From Arcobacteraceae bacterium (GTDB lineage: Bacteria; Campylobacterota; Campylobacteria; Campylobacterales; Arcobacteraceae): 64,000 bases of DNA. Every line of letters begins with the position of its first letter. The first letter of the stretch is position 1. Below are positions 39,213 through 49,325 of this stretch, in pieces. The position numbers and the translations under genes were made by a program. Under the pieces are notes generated by a model, which was not told where the DNA came from, searched no databases, and worked only from the letters and a program-made list of their open reading frames with translations. The stretch lies in assembly GCA_963662945.1 (NCBI GenBank), contig OY759974.1, positions 320,001 through 384,000 of the forward strand. The letters are read 5' to 3'.

Positions 39213-39841
39213 TACAAGTACAAAATCTTACCCATTATTACAATAATGAGATTGCCCTTGATAATATTAATCTTTCTGTAGAAAGTGGAAAATTTATAGC
39301 AATAGTTGGAGAAAGTGGTAGTGGTAAATCAACTCTACTTTCAATTCTTTCAACTCTTTTAAAACCAACAAGTGGAGATATAACACTTCTAAAGACCAAT
39401 ACAAAAGAGATAAAGAATATTAATGATTTTAGAAAATCCAATATTGGATTTGTATTTCAATTTCATTATCTCATCAATTATCTTACAGTAAAAGAAAATA
39501 TTGAATTAGCATTAGAGACAAAAGAGGATAAAAAAACTCTAGATAATTTACAACTTTTAGGAATTGAAGAATTACAAAACAGATACCCAAATGAGATCTC
39601 AGGAGGTCAAAGACAACGGGTCTCAATAGCTCGTGCTTTAGCAAATCAACCCAAAATCATCTTTGCAGATGAACCAACAGGAAACTTAGATTCTAAAAAC
39701 TCTTTAAAAGTTTTTGAACTTTTAAAACAATTGTGTGAAAATGGAACTACAATACTTGTAGCAACTCACGACAAAGAACTAGCAAAACTAGCAGATACTA
39801 TTTACGAGATGAACGATGGAAAAATTTCAAATATTTATTAA
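39209..39841 (+). CDS. ABC transporter ATP-binding protein (LolD/MacB-like)
   Basis: [35 protein letters not shown]. Confidence 0.93.
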   Translation: MIQVQNLTHYYNNEIALDNINLSVESGKFIAIVGESGSGKSTLLSILSTLLKPTSGDITLLKTNTKEIKNINDFRKSNIGFVFQFHYLINYLTVKENIELALETKEDKKTLDNLQLLGIEELQNRYPNEISGGQRQRVSIARALANQPKIIFADEPTGNLDSKNSLKVFELLKQLCENGTTILVATHDKELAKLADTIYEMNDGKISNIY

Positions 39842-41378
39842 AAAACAATTTTACTTTTCACTAATGTTTTTTGCATTAGGATTATTCTTTGGGTTATTAT
39901 ACTCATTTAACTTACTTGGATTTGATTTTCATTCAGACATATTAAATCCTATCAATACAAGGTCTATTCATATCTCTTTGATGCTATATGGCTTTATCCC
40001 TTTGATGCTTTCTTATTTGCCTTTTTTAATTATCTCAAAAGATAAAATATATGATGAAAAAGCTTTAAGATATCTGGAACTTTATACACTCTTTTGGTAT
40101 ATCTTTTTAATCTTTATGGTTATCTCTTTACTTTTAGGGATTAATAGAGGATTAGCTTTTTATGATTTTCATTATAGTTTAAATTTTATCTTAGCCTTTG
40201 CAGGATTGTTCTATGGGTTAAGCCTTTATAGATATATCAAATTGTATGAAACTATCCCTTTATGGATAAGAGTGTGTTTATATGTAGTGATTGCTGCACC
40301 TTTTGTTTTAATTATACTTATGAACCCAACTATTGGACAAGTGGAAGCAACTATTAGTGGACCACATGGGGATAATACTTTAGGGATGAGTTTAGCTTTG
40401 ATTCCTATTTATTACCTCATCATCAAATATCTAAGTACTAGTGATTTTAAAGCAAGATGGAATATCTTTTGGATAATCCCATTTTTCTTTTATATTCTTT
40501 CAGTATTACATAGAGTATTTATAGGGGAACTTTCATACAACCAAGAGTGGTTTTTCCAATGGCTCAGTTTTCTCTATGTTCCACTACTATACAGATGGTA
40601 CAAAGATGCAAACATACCAAGTAGTTCAAAAAAACTTTTACTTATCTCGCTTGTTGGATTTTTATTTGTAGATATTGAGGGAAATATCCTTTTTATAGAA
40701 TCTATTAGATGGCTTTTCCATAGAAACGACCTTATAGTTGCACACGCACATATCGCTATGGGTGTTGGGGTATTGTTTATGGCTTTAAGTTTATATGGAG
40801 AAGTTATCAAAGAGTTACAAAAAAAGATATTCTGGCAACTTTATATTCTAGCTATGTTAATTATACTTATCGCTCTTTCTATCTCTGGTTTTGTCCAAGC
40901 TGGAATAATAAGTCTTGATATTCAAACTCTTTGGAGTATACGAACTATTGGCGGGATTGTTGGTATAGGTTCTTTAATAGTATTTATAAAACTTCAAACA
41001 AACTATACAAAACTAGAACTCTATAATATTTTTGGTATTTTTAGTGATGGAGTTGGAGGGATAATTCTTTTTCTCTTTGCATCATCTTTATATCCACTTG
41101 TTGGCTTTAAGTTTAGTGGCGTATATGAGTATGTTGTATTTGGTTTTGTAAGTATGACAGGGATTATTCACTATATGGCATTTAAATACAAAGAACACTC
41201 ACAAATACTGACACAACTTACTGCAATAATAAGAGTTTTTGTTAGTGGGATATTTTTAACTCTTTTTTTAAGTCATAGATTAGGACTAGAAGCTTTAGGA
41301 ATATTCTTCTTTGACTTTACTTATGTAGTTATTTATTTACTATTTTTCTATAAGTCTATAGAAAAAAAGGAGGTATAA
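39816..41378 (+). CDS. polytopic membrane protein related to heme-copper oxidase/NO reductase subunit I (degenerate)
   Basis: Many TM helices; RSIHISL and FHRNDLIVAHAHIAMG resemble helix II and helix X heme-ligand motifs. Confidence 0.6.
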   Translation: MEKFQIFIKKQFYFSLMFFALGLFFGLLYSFNLLGFDFHSDILNPINTRSIHISLMLYGFIPLMLSYLPFLIISKDKIYDEKALRYLELYTLFWYIFLIFMVISLLLGINRGLAFYDFHYSLNFILAFAGLFYGLSLYRYIKLYETIPLWIRVCLYVVIAAPFVLIILMNPTIGQVEATISGPHGDNTLGMSLALIPIYYLIIKYLSTSDFKARWNIFWIIPFFFYILSVLHRVFIGELSYNQEWFFQWLSFLYVPLLYRWYKDANIPSSSKKLLLISLVGFLFVDIEGNILFIESIRWLFHRNDLIVAHAHIAMGVGVLFMALSLYGEVIKELQKKIFWQLYILAMLIILIALSISGFVQAGIISLDIQTLWSIRTIGGIVGIGSLIVFIKLQTNYTKLELYNIFGIFSDGVGGIILFLFASSLYPLVGFKFSGVYEYVVFGFVSMTGIIHYMAFKYKEHSQILTQLTAIIRVFVSGIFLTLFLSHRLGLEALGIFFFDFTYVVIYLLFFYKSIEKKEV

Positions 41379-41379
41379 A

Positions 41380-42369
41380 ATGTTCAATCTAGCTTTAATT
41401 TTATTTGTTGCATTTGAACTATGTTACTATCTTCTTATAGCACAAACAGGTATTGTAGAATATTTTGGTTCAGATTTAACACTTATTATCTATATGCCTA
41501 TTGGTGGAATGATTGGTTCAATTTTGAGTACTTATATAAAATATCATCTCAAAAGAAAACTACAATTTCTCCTTTTAGGACAGTTATTAGTAACATTTTT
41601 TTATCCAAACCTTAATTTTATAATGTTATTTATCTTAGGACTAAGTGTTGGGGGAATTGCACCTTTGATTATAGAGTCTTTAAAAAAAGCAACTGCCAAT
41701 GACTTTATAGCAATCTTAAGTATCTCTTATGTTCTAGGAACAAGTTTATTTAATACCCCTGTGGAGGATAGAATTTTTTATGGTATTGTTTTTACAATTA
41801 TTAGTTTAGCAAGTATTTTTTGGTTAAATACGCATGAGGTTCAAAAAATAAAAAATAAAAATAAAACTATCAACTATCCAATCATTATGATGATGTTATG
41901 GGTATTTTTAGATTCAGCACTTTTTGAAACACTTTCAAGAGATATTCAAATACCTATATGGAGAGGAGGATTTAGTTATGAGATTATGCTATTTCATATT
42001 GTTGGTGTAGTTTTTGCTATTAAGTTACAACTACAATATAAACACAAAGAGATGGTTATTGGCTCTTTCTTTGCTCTTTCTTATCTTTTTTATTTTATAA
42101 GAGAACCACTATTGTTAAGTATTGTTTATCCTTTTGTGATATCATACTACAATACAATAATTTTACAAGAGTTAATAAAAATAAAAAATATAAAACAAAT
42201 AGGAATATCTATGTTACTCATAGGTTGGGTTGCAAGCGGTGCTGGACTATTTTTTGCATTAGAAGATTTAATGATGTTTATCCCTATAATTTTTCTTGCT
42301 TTTATAATAACTAGCGAACTTTTTCTTAATAAAAAAACAAATTCACAACAAGGAGTATATTATGTTTAA
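41380..42369 (+). CDS. polytopic membrane protein, MFS-like
   Basis: About 11-12 hydrophobic segments; AAGGAGG RBS. Confidence 0.65.
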   Translation: MFNLALILFVAFELCYYLLIAQTGIVEYFGSDLTLIIYMPIGGMIGSILSTYIKYHLKRKLQFLLLGQLLVTFFYPNLNFIMLFILGLSVGGIAPLIIESLKKATANDFIAILSISYVLGTSLFNTPVEDRIFYGIVFTIISLASIFWLNTHEVQKIKNKNKTINYPIIMMMLWVFLDSALFETLSRDIQIPIWRGGFSYEIMLFHIVGVVFAIKLQLQYKHKEMVIGSFFALSYLFYFIREPLLLSIVYPFVISYYNTIILQELIKIKNIKQIGISMLLIGWVASGAGLFFALEDLMMFIPIIFLAFIITSELFLNKKTNSQQGVYYV

Positions 42370-42889
42370 AATTTTAATCACAACAGCGATACTGGCTATT
42401 TGCAGCTTTGCAAATGTTTTACAAGTACAAGAGGGGTATATCAAAGCACATACAGAAGTTTTTGGGGATTCTACAATTGACCCACAAACACCCCATATAG
42501 GAACATCTCTTACAATAAACGAAACTATAGAGTCAATAAAAGGTGTGATATTTATCTCAGCAGTTGATCTTATCTCAGATAATAGTAAAAGAGATGAACA
42601 TATGTATGAAGTACTTAATGTTAAGAATTTTTCAACAATAAGTTTTACTATAAACAGTATTACAAAAGAGAAAGAGAATTATATCTTAAATGGTATATTG
42701 GCTCTTCATGGTGTACAAAAAGAGATGAATATCAAAGCAAAGATTTTAAAAGAAAATGGTACTGTACAAATTCATTCACTTTTTAGTATAAAAATGACTG
42801 ACTTTGGTATAGAACCACCGGTTATGATATTTTTAACTGTAAGAGACCAAGTGGATATAGATGTAAATTTAAACCTAAAGGAGAAATAG
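42362..42889 (+). CDS. YceI family periplasmic protein
   Basis: Signal peptide, SDNSKRDEHM, G.L.LHGV.K, TDFGIEPP. Confidence 0.88.
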   Translation: MFKILITTAILAICSFANVLQVQEGYIKAHTEVFGDSTIDPQTPHIGTSLTINETIESIKGVIFISAVDLISDNSKRDEHMYEVLNVKNFSTISFTINSITKEKENYILNGILALHGVQKEMNIKAKILKENGTVQIHSLFSIKMTDFGIEPPVMIFLTVRDQVDIDVNLNLKEK

Positions 42890-43345
42890 ATGTTAAAAAC
42901 ATTTTTAATCTTAATTTTCGTAAGTATAGTAAGTTTTGCAGACTTTTTAAAAATTGGAGATACACTTACACCATTTAATCTTCCTGATCAATTTGATAAA
43001 GTACATACTATTAGTAGTGATAAGTATGAGATATTCTTAGTATCGTTTGCCAAAGAAACTTCAGGAAAAGTAAATGAATTTTTAAAACAACAAGAAGATG
43101 GATTTTTAGATAAAAACAAGATTGTATATATCTCAGATATTCATACAATGCCCTCTTTTGTAACTTCACTTTTTGCATTACCTAAAATGAGAAAATATAA
43201 ATATACTCTTATGCTTATGTATGAAGAGAATAAAATATTTCCACAACAAGGTGAAGCATTAACTGTTATTAGATTTAAAGATAACAAAATAAATTCTATT
43301 GAATTTATACAAGAAGATGAAAGTATTGACTCGATTTTTAACTAA
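42890..43345 (+). CDS. exported thioredoxin-like-fold protein without Cys
   Basis: Signal peptide, IGD.L.PFNLPDQF, DIH.MPSFV..LFALPKMRKY. Confidence 0.6.
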   Translation: MLKTFLILIFVSIVSFADFLKIGDTLTPFNLPDQFDKVHTISSDKYEIFLVSFAKETSGKVNEFLKQQEDGFLDKNKIVYISDIHTMPSFVTSLFALPKMRKYKYTLMLMYEENKIFPQQGEALTVIRFKDNKINSIEFIQEDESIDSIFN

Positions 43346-44096
43346 ATTTCAAAAAACAACTTTAGATATAAATCCCTCTATTGTATCTATACCAATAGAG
43401 GGAGAGTTTGAACATTTTATTGATATGGAAATCCTTCATTTAAGTGATCTGCATATCAATAAAAAAACTACACTCAATGAATTTCAAAATCTCATTCATA
43501 CTATAAATGCAACCAAAGTAGATTTTGTAGTATTAACAGGAGATTTAATAGATACAAAAATCTCAAATATTATAGAGATACTTTTAGAACTAAAGAATAT
43601 ACAACACAAAACTTACTTTGTCAGTGGCAATCATGATATTTTTTATGGATACCATGAACTTCTAAAGATACTAGAAACTTGTAATATTCAAATTTTAGAC
43701 AACAAATATCTCACTTTAGAATATAACAAAAAAGATTTTATTCTAGCAGGTCTTAGTGATAGATTTTCAAAATATTTTAAAATTCAAAGAGATGAACAAA
43801 CACTTATAAATCAACTTCAAGATACAAATAATTTTAAAATATTTTTAGCACACCAACCCAAAGACTACCTATATGCTTTAAAGTCACATGCACAACTTTT
43901 CCTTTGTGGACATACACATGGAGGACAAATTTATCCCTTTCATTATCTAGTACGTTTAGTACAACCATTTTTAAGTGGTCTTCATTTTGTAAAGAACCTT
44001 GCAATATATGTAAACAAAGGGATTGGAACTTGGGGAATTGGGTATAGATTGTATGCACAAAGTGAACTCACTATTATAAAATTAACAAAAAAGTAG
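43317..44096 (+). CDS. metallophosphoesterase (YkuE-like)
   Basis: SDLH, TGD, GNHD, AHQP, GHTHGGQ; track start is 43299 (TTG), ATG at 43317 preferred. Confidence 0.9.
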   Translation: MKVLTRFLTKFQKTTLDINPSIVSIPIEGEFEHFIDMEILHLSDLHINKKTTLNEFQNLIHTINATKVDFVVLTGDLIDTKISNIIEILLELKNIQHKTYFVSGNHDIFYGYHELLKILETCNIQILDNKYLTLEYNKKDFILAGLSDRFSKYFKIQRDEQTLINQLQDTNNFKIFLAHQPKDYLYALKSHAQLFLCGHTHGGQIYPFHYLVRLVQPFLSGLHFVKNLAIYVNKGIGTWGIGYRLYAQSELTIIKLTKK

Positions 44097-44107
44097 TATA
44101 ATAATTT

Positions 44108-44785
44108 ATGAAAATATTACTAATCGAAGATGATATCAGAATAATTAACTTTTTAAAAAAAGGGCTTACTGAAGAGGGATACACTGTTGATGTAGCCCAA
44201 AATGGAGAAGATGGACTTTATCTTGTGAGTGTTAATCCTTATGATATAATTTTATTAGATATTATGCTCCCTGTCATTGATGGATTTGAAGTTTGCCAAA
44301 AATTACGAACTATAAATAGTGATATACCTATTATTATACTCACAGCACGTGATAGCTTAGATGATAAAATCAATGGACTTGATATAGGTGCAAATGATTA
44401 TATTTCAAAACCATTTTCATTTTCTGAACTTTTAGCAAGAATCAGAGTACAACTTCGAACAAAAGATATCACTACAACAAAACTAACTCTTGATAGTTTA
44501 GAATTAGACTTATTACATAAAAAAGCCTCAAGAGAGGGAAAGTTTATAAAACTTACAGCCAAAGAGTTTGCACTTTTAGAATTTCTTTTACGAAATAAAG
44601 AAAAAATAGTCTCAGAAACAATGATTAGTGATAATTTAACAGAACTAAATGAAGCCAATATGAGTAATATAATCAATGTATATATCTATAGACTCCGAAA
44701 TAAAATAGATAAAAACTATGATAAAAAACTTATCAAAACAGTTCGAGGAATGGGTTATGTTATAACCTCTCATGATGAATACTAA
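44108..44785 (+). CDS. OmpR-family response regulator
   Basis: IEDD, LDIMLP, GANDYISKPF, NVYIYRLRNK. Confidence 0.93.
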   Translation: MKILLIEDDIRIINFLKKGLTEEGYTVDVAQNGEDGLYLVSVNPYDIILLDIMLPVIDGFEVCQKLRTINSDIPIIILTARDSLDDKINGLDIGANDYISKPFSFSELLARIRVQLRTKDITTTKLTLDSLELDLLHKKASREGKFIKLTAKEFALLEFLLRNKEKIVSETMISDNLTELNEANMSNIINVYIYRLRNKIDKNYDKKLIKTVRGMGYVITSHDEY

Positions 44786-46142
44786 AGTTTCTATAAAAAA
44801 ACAACTTTTACAATACTACCTAATAGTTCAGGTAGTTATACTTATGCTTTTTGGATATATTTTATATAATTCTCTTAAACAAACAACAATAAATGAACTC
44901 AAATCAACTTTAAAAATTATTATCCTTGATATAAAAGATGATATTTCTGAACACAATAAAATTGAAGACGTGGAATTAGATGAAAACAAAGAATTTGATT
45001 TTGAAGCTTTATATATAAAAGTTATCAAAATAAACTCAGCTAACAACTCCATAGAAGAAATTAAATCAACCAAATTTCCACAGGAACTAATAAATAAAAA
45101 AGAATATTTGCTAAACTTGGAACTTGATAATATCTCATTTGAATCTAAAGCTGATTATCTTATTGCTTATCTCAAAATAGAATATAAAAATGATTTATAT
45201 GTTATAGAAGTAACTACAAAACAAGAAAAACTTAATAGTATAGTTACAAACTTTATCTATATTTTACTTTTAGCTACACCTTTGGTTCTTATTATTTCGA
45301 TTATTCTAGGAAACTATATCATTACTAAAAGTTTTTATCCTATAGATAATCTTCTTTATCAAATAAAACAAATTAAAGGCGATAATATTTCTAAAAGAAT
45401 TAATATTAAAAATAGCAAAGATGAAATAGACCTTATCTCTATTGAGATAAATAAACTACTCCAAAGAATGGATGACTATTTTCATAAAATTGAACAATTT
45501 AACTATGACGTTTCTCATGAACTAAAAACACCTCTTACAATTATCAGAGGTGAATTAGAAGTCCTTTTAAGAAAAGAGAGACCTATAGATGAATATAAAC
45601 ACAGTATCAATGAATCATTACAAGAAATACTCTCTTTACAAAAACTCATTGATGATTTACTCTTTTTGGCAAAAGTTGATACAACTGATACTATTTTTGA
45701 AGAGATTTATCTTGATGAACTTCTTCTTACTAGTATCAAAGATATGGAAAAAACAGCACTACTAAAACACTGTACTTTAAACTATAACATAAAAGATGCA
45801 ATCACAGTTAGTGGAAATGAAACTCTTCTGAAAATACTTCTTAAAAATATTATTGAAAATGCTATTTTTTATTCAAAAGAAAATTCTGATATAAATATCA
45901 CCCTTTCTCGAAAAAACAATGATAAACTTATAGAAATTGAAGATTTTGGTTTAGGGATGACACAAGAAGAAATAGATAAGATTTATGATAAATTTTACAA
46001 AAGTGATAAAAGTCGTTCTCAAAATCCACAAAGCAGTGGTTTAGGGATGTCAATAGTAAAAAATATAGCCCAAATTCATCATATAAAAACAGATATTCAG
46101 AGCCAAAAAAATAAAGGAACTAAAATCACTCTAACTTTTTAA
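44772..46142 (+). CDS. HAMP sensor histidine kinase
   Basis: Two TM helices, VSHELKTPL, ENAIFY, DFGLGM, GLGMSI. Confidence 0.92.
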   Translation: MMNTKVSIKKQLLQYYLIVQVVILMLFGYILYNSLKQTTINELKSTLKIIILDIKDDISEHNKIEDVELDENKEFDFEALYIKVIKINSANNSIEEIKSTKFPQELINKKEYLLNLELDNISFESKADYLIAYLKIEYKNDLYVIEVTTKQEKLNSIVTNFIYILLLATPLVLIISIILGNYIITKSFYPIDNLLYQIKQIKGDNISKRINIKNSKDEIDLISIEINKLLQRMDDYFHKIEQFNYDVSHELKTPLTIIRGELEVLLRKERPIDEYKHSINESLQEILSLQKLIDDLLFLAKVDTTDTIFEEIYLDELLLTSIKDMEKTALLKHCTLNYNIKDAITVSGNETLLKILLKNIIENAIFYSKENSDINITLSRKNNDKLIEIEDFGLGMTQEEIDKIYDKFYKSDKSRSQNPQSSGLGMSIVKNIAQIHHIKTDIQSQKNKGTKITLTF

Positions 46143-46194
46143 AAATCTAAAGTAATTTATCAAATTATTACTAATTTTTAGATAGCATTTCTCC

Positions 46195-47304
46195 ATGGTA
46201 TACTTTTTTGATAAGCGGATAATTTCCCATTTTAACTTTGAACTTATTTTACTCATAGTGCCTTTAGCATTTTTATCACATTATCTTATTCTAGAAACAA
46301 ATGAAGTACTCGCACAAAAACAACTCATATATTATTCTCTCTCTATTGCTGCATTTATAGGAGTATTTATAATTCCGTTTAGAAATCTTACTAGATTTAT
46401 ACCGTTTATTTATTGGTTTGGAATATTTTTACTACTTTTAGTTGAAGTTGCAGGAGTAACAAAACTTGGTGCTACAAGATGGGTTGAGATACCTATAATT
46501 CATATGACTATTCAACCATCAGAATTGTTTAAACCTGCCTTTTTACTTATGATTGGATTTTTAGTAGCAAATAGACCTCCTCCAAAAGAAGGATATGGAC
46601 TTAAAGATTTTTCATATTTTAGTTTTTATATTTTATTACCATTTATTCTTATAGCAAAAGAACCTGACTTAGGAACAGCGCTTGTGCTTCTTTTTGTTGG
46701 GTATGGTGTATTATTTTTACTTGGTATTCATTGGAAAATTATAGCAGCTATTGTACTTATACTAGGTATTAGTTCTCCTATAATTTATACCTATTTAATC
46801 AAAGATTATCAAAAAAAGAGAATCCATGATTTTATTAGTGAAGAACCTAGTTATCATGTAAAACAGTCTTTAATCGCCATTGGTTCAGGTGGACTCATTG
46901 GAAAAGATAAAGATGAAGCTACCCAAACACAACTGAAGTTTTTACCTATTGCTACAAGCGATTTTATTTTTGCCTCATTTGTTGAAAGATATGGTTTTAT
47001 GGGTTCTGTTGGATTAGTTTTTTTGTATCTCTTGATTATTATTCATCTCTTGCTATTGCATAAGCATTTTCAAAAAGATTTTCTCATTAGTGTTTTCTCC
47101 AGTGGCTTAGCGATGCTTCTGTTTTTAAATATGAGTATCAATATACTAATGGTGATAGGATTTGCACCAGTTGTTGGATTGCCATTACCTTTATTTAGCT
47201 ATGGTGGAAGTTCTTTTATCAACTTTGTTGTTCTTTTTGCTATTTTAGAAAATCTTATTGCATTTAGATTTATGGATGGCTATAGCTTTAATAGAAAAAT
47301 GTAA
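46195..47304 (+). CDS. rodA: rod shape-determining protein RodA (SEDS family)
   Basis: GATRW, QPSE, EPDLGT, YHVKQS.IAIGSGG, SDFIF, LPLFSYGGSS. Confidence 0.9.
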   Translation: MVYFFDKRIISHFNFELILLIVPLAFLSHYLILETNEVLAQKQLIYYSLSIAAFIGVFIIPFRNLTRFIPFIYWFGIFLLLLVEVAGVTKLGATRWVEIPIIHMTIQPSELFKPAFLLMIGFLVANRPPPKEGYGLKDFSYFSFYILLPFILIAKEPDLGTALVLLFVGYGVLFLLGIHWKIIAAIVLILGISSPIIYTYLIKDYQKKRIHDFISEEPSYHVKQSLIAIGSGGLIGKDKDEATQTQLKFLPIATSDFIFASFVERYGFMGSVGLVFLYLLIIIHLLLLHKHFQKDFLISVFSSGLAMLLFLNMSINILMVIGFAPVVGLPLPLFSYGGSSFINFVVLFAILENLIAFRFMDGYSFNRKM

Positions 47305-47362
47305 GCAACTCCACAGTATGAAAAGATGCGTTAATTCAAGTTTTTTTAGATAAAATAACCAA

Positions 47363-47560
47363 ATGAATACAATTGATATATTAAAAAATAAAGTTTTACA
47401 AGTTACAAAAGAGTTTAACTTTCTTCTACAAGAGAATAAACAACTTAAATATAAGTTAGAACAACTCCAAGAAAAAAATGATATATTAACAAGAAAAAGT
47501 GAGGATTTAATCCTTACAATCAACAGTAGACTAAGACAAGAAGAGGATGAGCCAAAGTGA
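47363..47560 (+). CDS. short coiled-coil protein (ZapB-like)
   Basis: 65 aa with heptad pattern. Confidence 0.5.
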   Translation: MNTIDILKNKVLQVTKEFNFLLQENKQLKYKLEQLQEKNDILTRKSEDLILTINSRLRQEEDEPK

Positions 47561-47793
47561 AAAACATCACATTTCATATCAACAACGAAGCTTATACTGT
47601 AGATATAGGGGAAGACCCAGAAGATAAACTTCAAAATGGACTTAAAAAGTTTCTTACAACTGAAAAAAACCTAAGCACTGCTGAATTACTTTTAGCTTAC
47701 TTACGAAAGTCTCAAGAACTTATTAATTTTGAAGAAGAAGTAAATCAACAAATAACACAACTTCCTAGTTTAGAAGACTTAAGAGTACTCTAA
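47557..47793 (+). CDS. hypothetical protein (possibly ZapA-like)
   Basis: GTGA overlap with upstream ORF; N-terminal ITFHINNEAYTV followed by helices. Confidence 0.5.
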   Translation: MKNITFHINNEAYTVDIGEDPEDKLQNGLKKFLTTEKNLSTAELLLAYLRKSQELINFEEEVNQQITQLPSLEDLRVL

Positions 47794-47796
47794 TCA

Positions 47797-48489
47797 TTAA
47801 AATAATTTAGACTTTAAAGTCTTCTCCACCTCTTTATAATCAGGCATATACAAACTCACCAGATTCCAAAATCTTTGAGAATGGTTTTTTTCCTCAATAT
47901 GACATAATTCATGTAAAACAACATATTCTATCGCTTTTTTATCAAACTGTAAAAGCTTATAATTTATAGAAATATTATTCTCAAAACTACAACTTCCCCA
48001 TCGGCCTTTATTAAATCTATAGCTAATATTTTGAGGATAGAGTTTTGTTTTAAAACACCACTCATCAAAGATTGGGTCTATAATTTTTATAGCATTGTAT
48101 TGATAAAACTTTTTGAGTCCTTCAACGAAGTCATCATAAGCTTGTTTTTGTTGATTGTACTGCACTAAAAAGGTATCTTTTTCAAAAGTATATTTCACAT
48201 TTTTAATGTTTTCATCTTCTACTAATTCTATAGGATAATTTTTCCCTAAAAACGGAACAACTCCACCTGAAACAAAATCAAAACTATTTTTTGGAGGTAC
48301 TTTATTTATAGTTCTTAGAATCCAATCTTTATGCTCGTATACAATCTCTTTTATCATATGCGATTTAAACTTCAATGGAGTTTTAACTACTATCTCATTT
48401 TGATTTTCTAATGCAAGACTTACACGCTTTATCTTTTTATTTGTTCTATGGATGAGTTCAAAACTCTGATTATCTAAAATAACTGTCAC
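47797..48489 (-). CDS. YgjP/DUF45 (M48-like) metal-dependent hydrolase
   Basis: RWGSC, YVVLHELCH...NHS.RFW. Confidence 0.9.
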   Translation of the reverse strand: MTVILDNQSFELIHRTNKKIKRVSLALENQNEIVVKTPLKFKSHMIKEIVYEHKDWILRTINKVPPKNSFDFVSGGVVPFLGKNYPIELVEDENIKNVKYTFEKDTFLVQYNQQKQAYDDFVEGLKKFYQYNAIKIIDPIFDEWCFKTKLYPQNISYRFNKGRWGSCSFENNISINYKLLQFDKKAIEYVVLHELCHIEEKNHSQRFWNLVSLYMPDYKEVEKTLKSKLF

Positions 48490-48967
48490 TGTTCTCTTTT
48501 AACTTTTTATATATTTCATTTATATCAGAGCTATATACTCTCGTCTCACCAACTGTTGTCATAAAATTTGTATCACCAAACCATCTAGGAACCAAATGCA
48601 TATGAATATGTTCAGCAATCCCAGCGCCTCCAGCACTCCCTAAATTCATTCCTATATTTACACCTTTTGCATTCATTACATCTTTTAAAAGTTTTACACC
48701 TTTTTGTGCATATAAAGACATCTTAGCAAAAACTTTTTCGTCTAAATCTTCCAAATTTGCTGTGTGTAAATTTGGTATTATCATAAAATGACCTGGAGAA
48801 TATGGATATTTATTCATTACTATGAAAAACTCCTCATCTCTATACAAAACACCTAGATTTTCATCATCATCAAGAGTTTTAACAATGTGACAAAATACAC
48901 ATCCTTCGATACATTTTTCTTCTTTTGATACATATTGTGTTCTCCAAGGAGCATAGAGTCTATCCAT
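48470..48967 (-). CDS. HIT family hydrolase
   Basis: LYAPWR, CVFC, NKYPY.PGH, HIHMH; start 48967 has AAAGG RBS (track start 48991). Confidence 0.92.
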   Translation of the reverse strand: MDRLYAPWRTQYVSKEEKCIEGCVFCHIVKTLDDDENLGVLYRDEEFFIVMNKYPYSPGHFMIIPNLHTANLEDLDEKVFAKMSLYAQKGVKLLKDVMNAKGVNIGMNLGSAGGAGIAEHIHMHLVPRWFGDTNFMTTVGETRVYSSDINEIYKKLKENSDSYFR

Positions 48968-48992
48968 TGTGTTGCCTTTTTCTAAATTCATA

Positions 48993-49325
48993 TTATTTTA
49001 TAATTTTATCGCTTAATCTTATTGGCGTATCATCTTTTGTTGCAATAGCAATATAATAAACCATTGTTCCATTTTCATCTTTTGAGACAATAGAAACATT
49101 AAATCTCTCATCATTTAAGATAAAAGTATCAATTTGTGTTTGTGTATGTGAAGCTATGTACTCTTTTACAAAATCAAGATGAATCTTTGCTTGTAGATGT
49201 AAATATTTGAGTTTATTCAAGTTTGATGAAAAAGTATTACTTTGTACAATACTATAAGAAAAATAACTAATCACTACAACCAACATAATAGTAATCAACA
49301 GTGCAAAAGCTTTTTTCTCTTTCAT
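48993..49325 (-). CDS. hypothetical protein, pseudopilin-like N-terminus
   Basis: KKAFALLITI hydrophobic N-terminus; ATGA overlap with upstream gene. Confidence 0.55.
   Translation of the reverse strand: MKEKKAFALLITIMLVVVISYFSYSIVQSNTFSSNLNKLKYLHLQAKIHLDFVKEYIASHTQTQIDTFILNDERFNVSIVSKDENGTMVYYIAIATKDDTPIRLSDKIIK

Noticed and set aside
47794-47797. 6S RNA after the ZapA-like gene
   Set aside because: No intergenic space; a convergent CDS ends here
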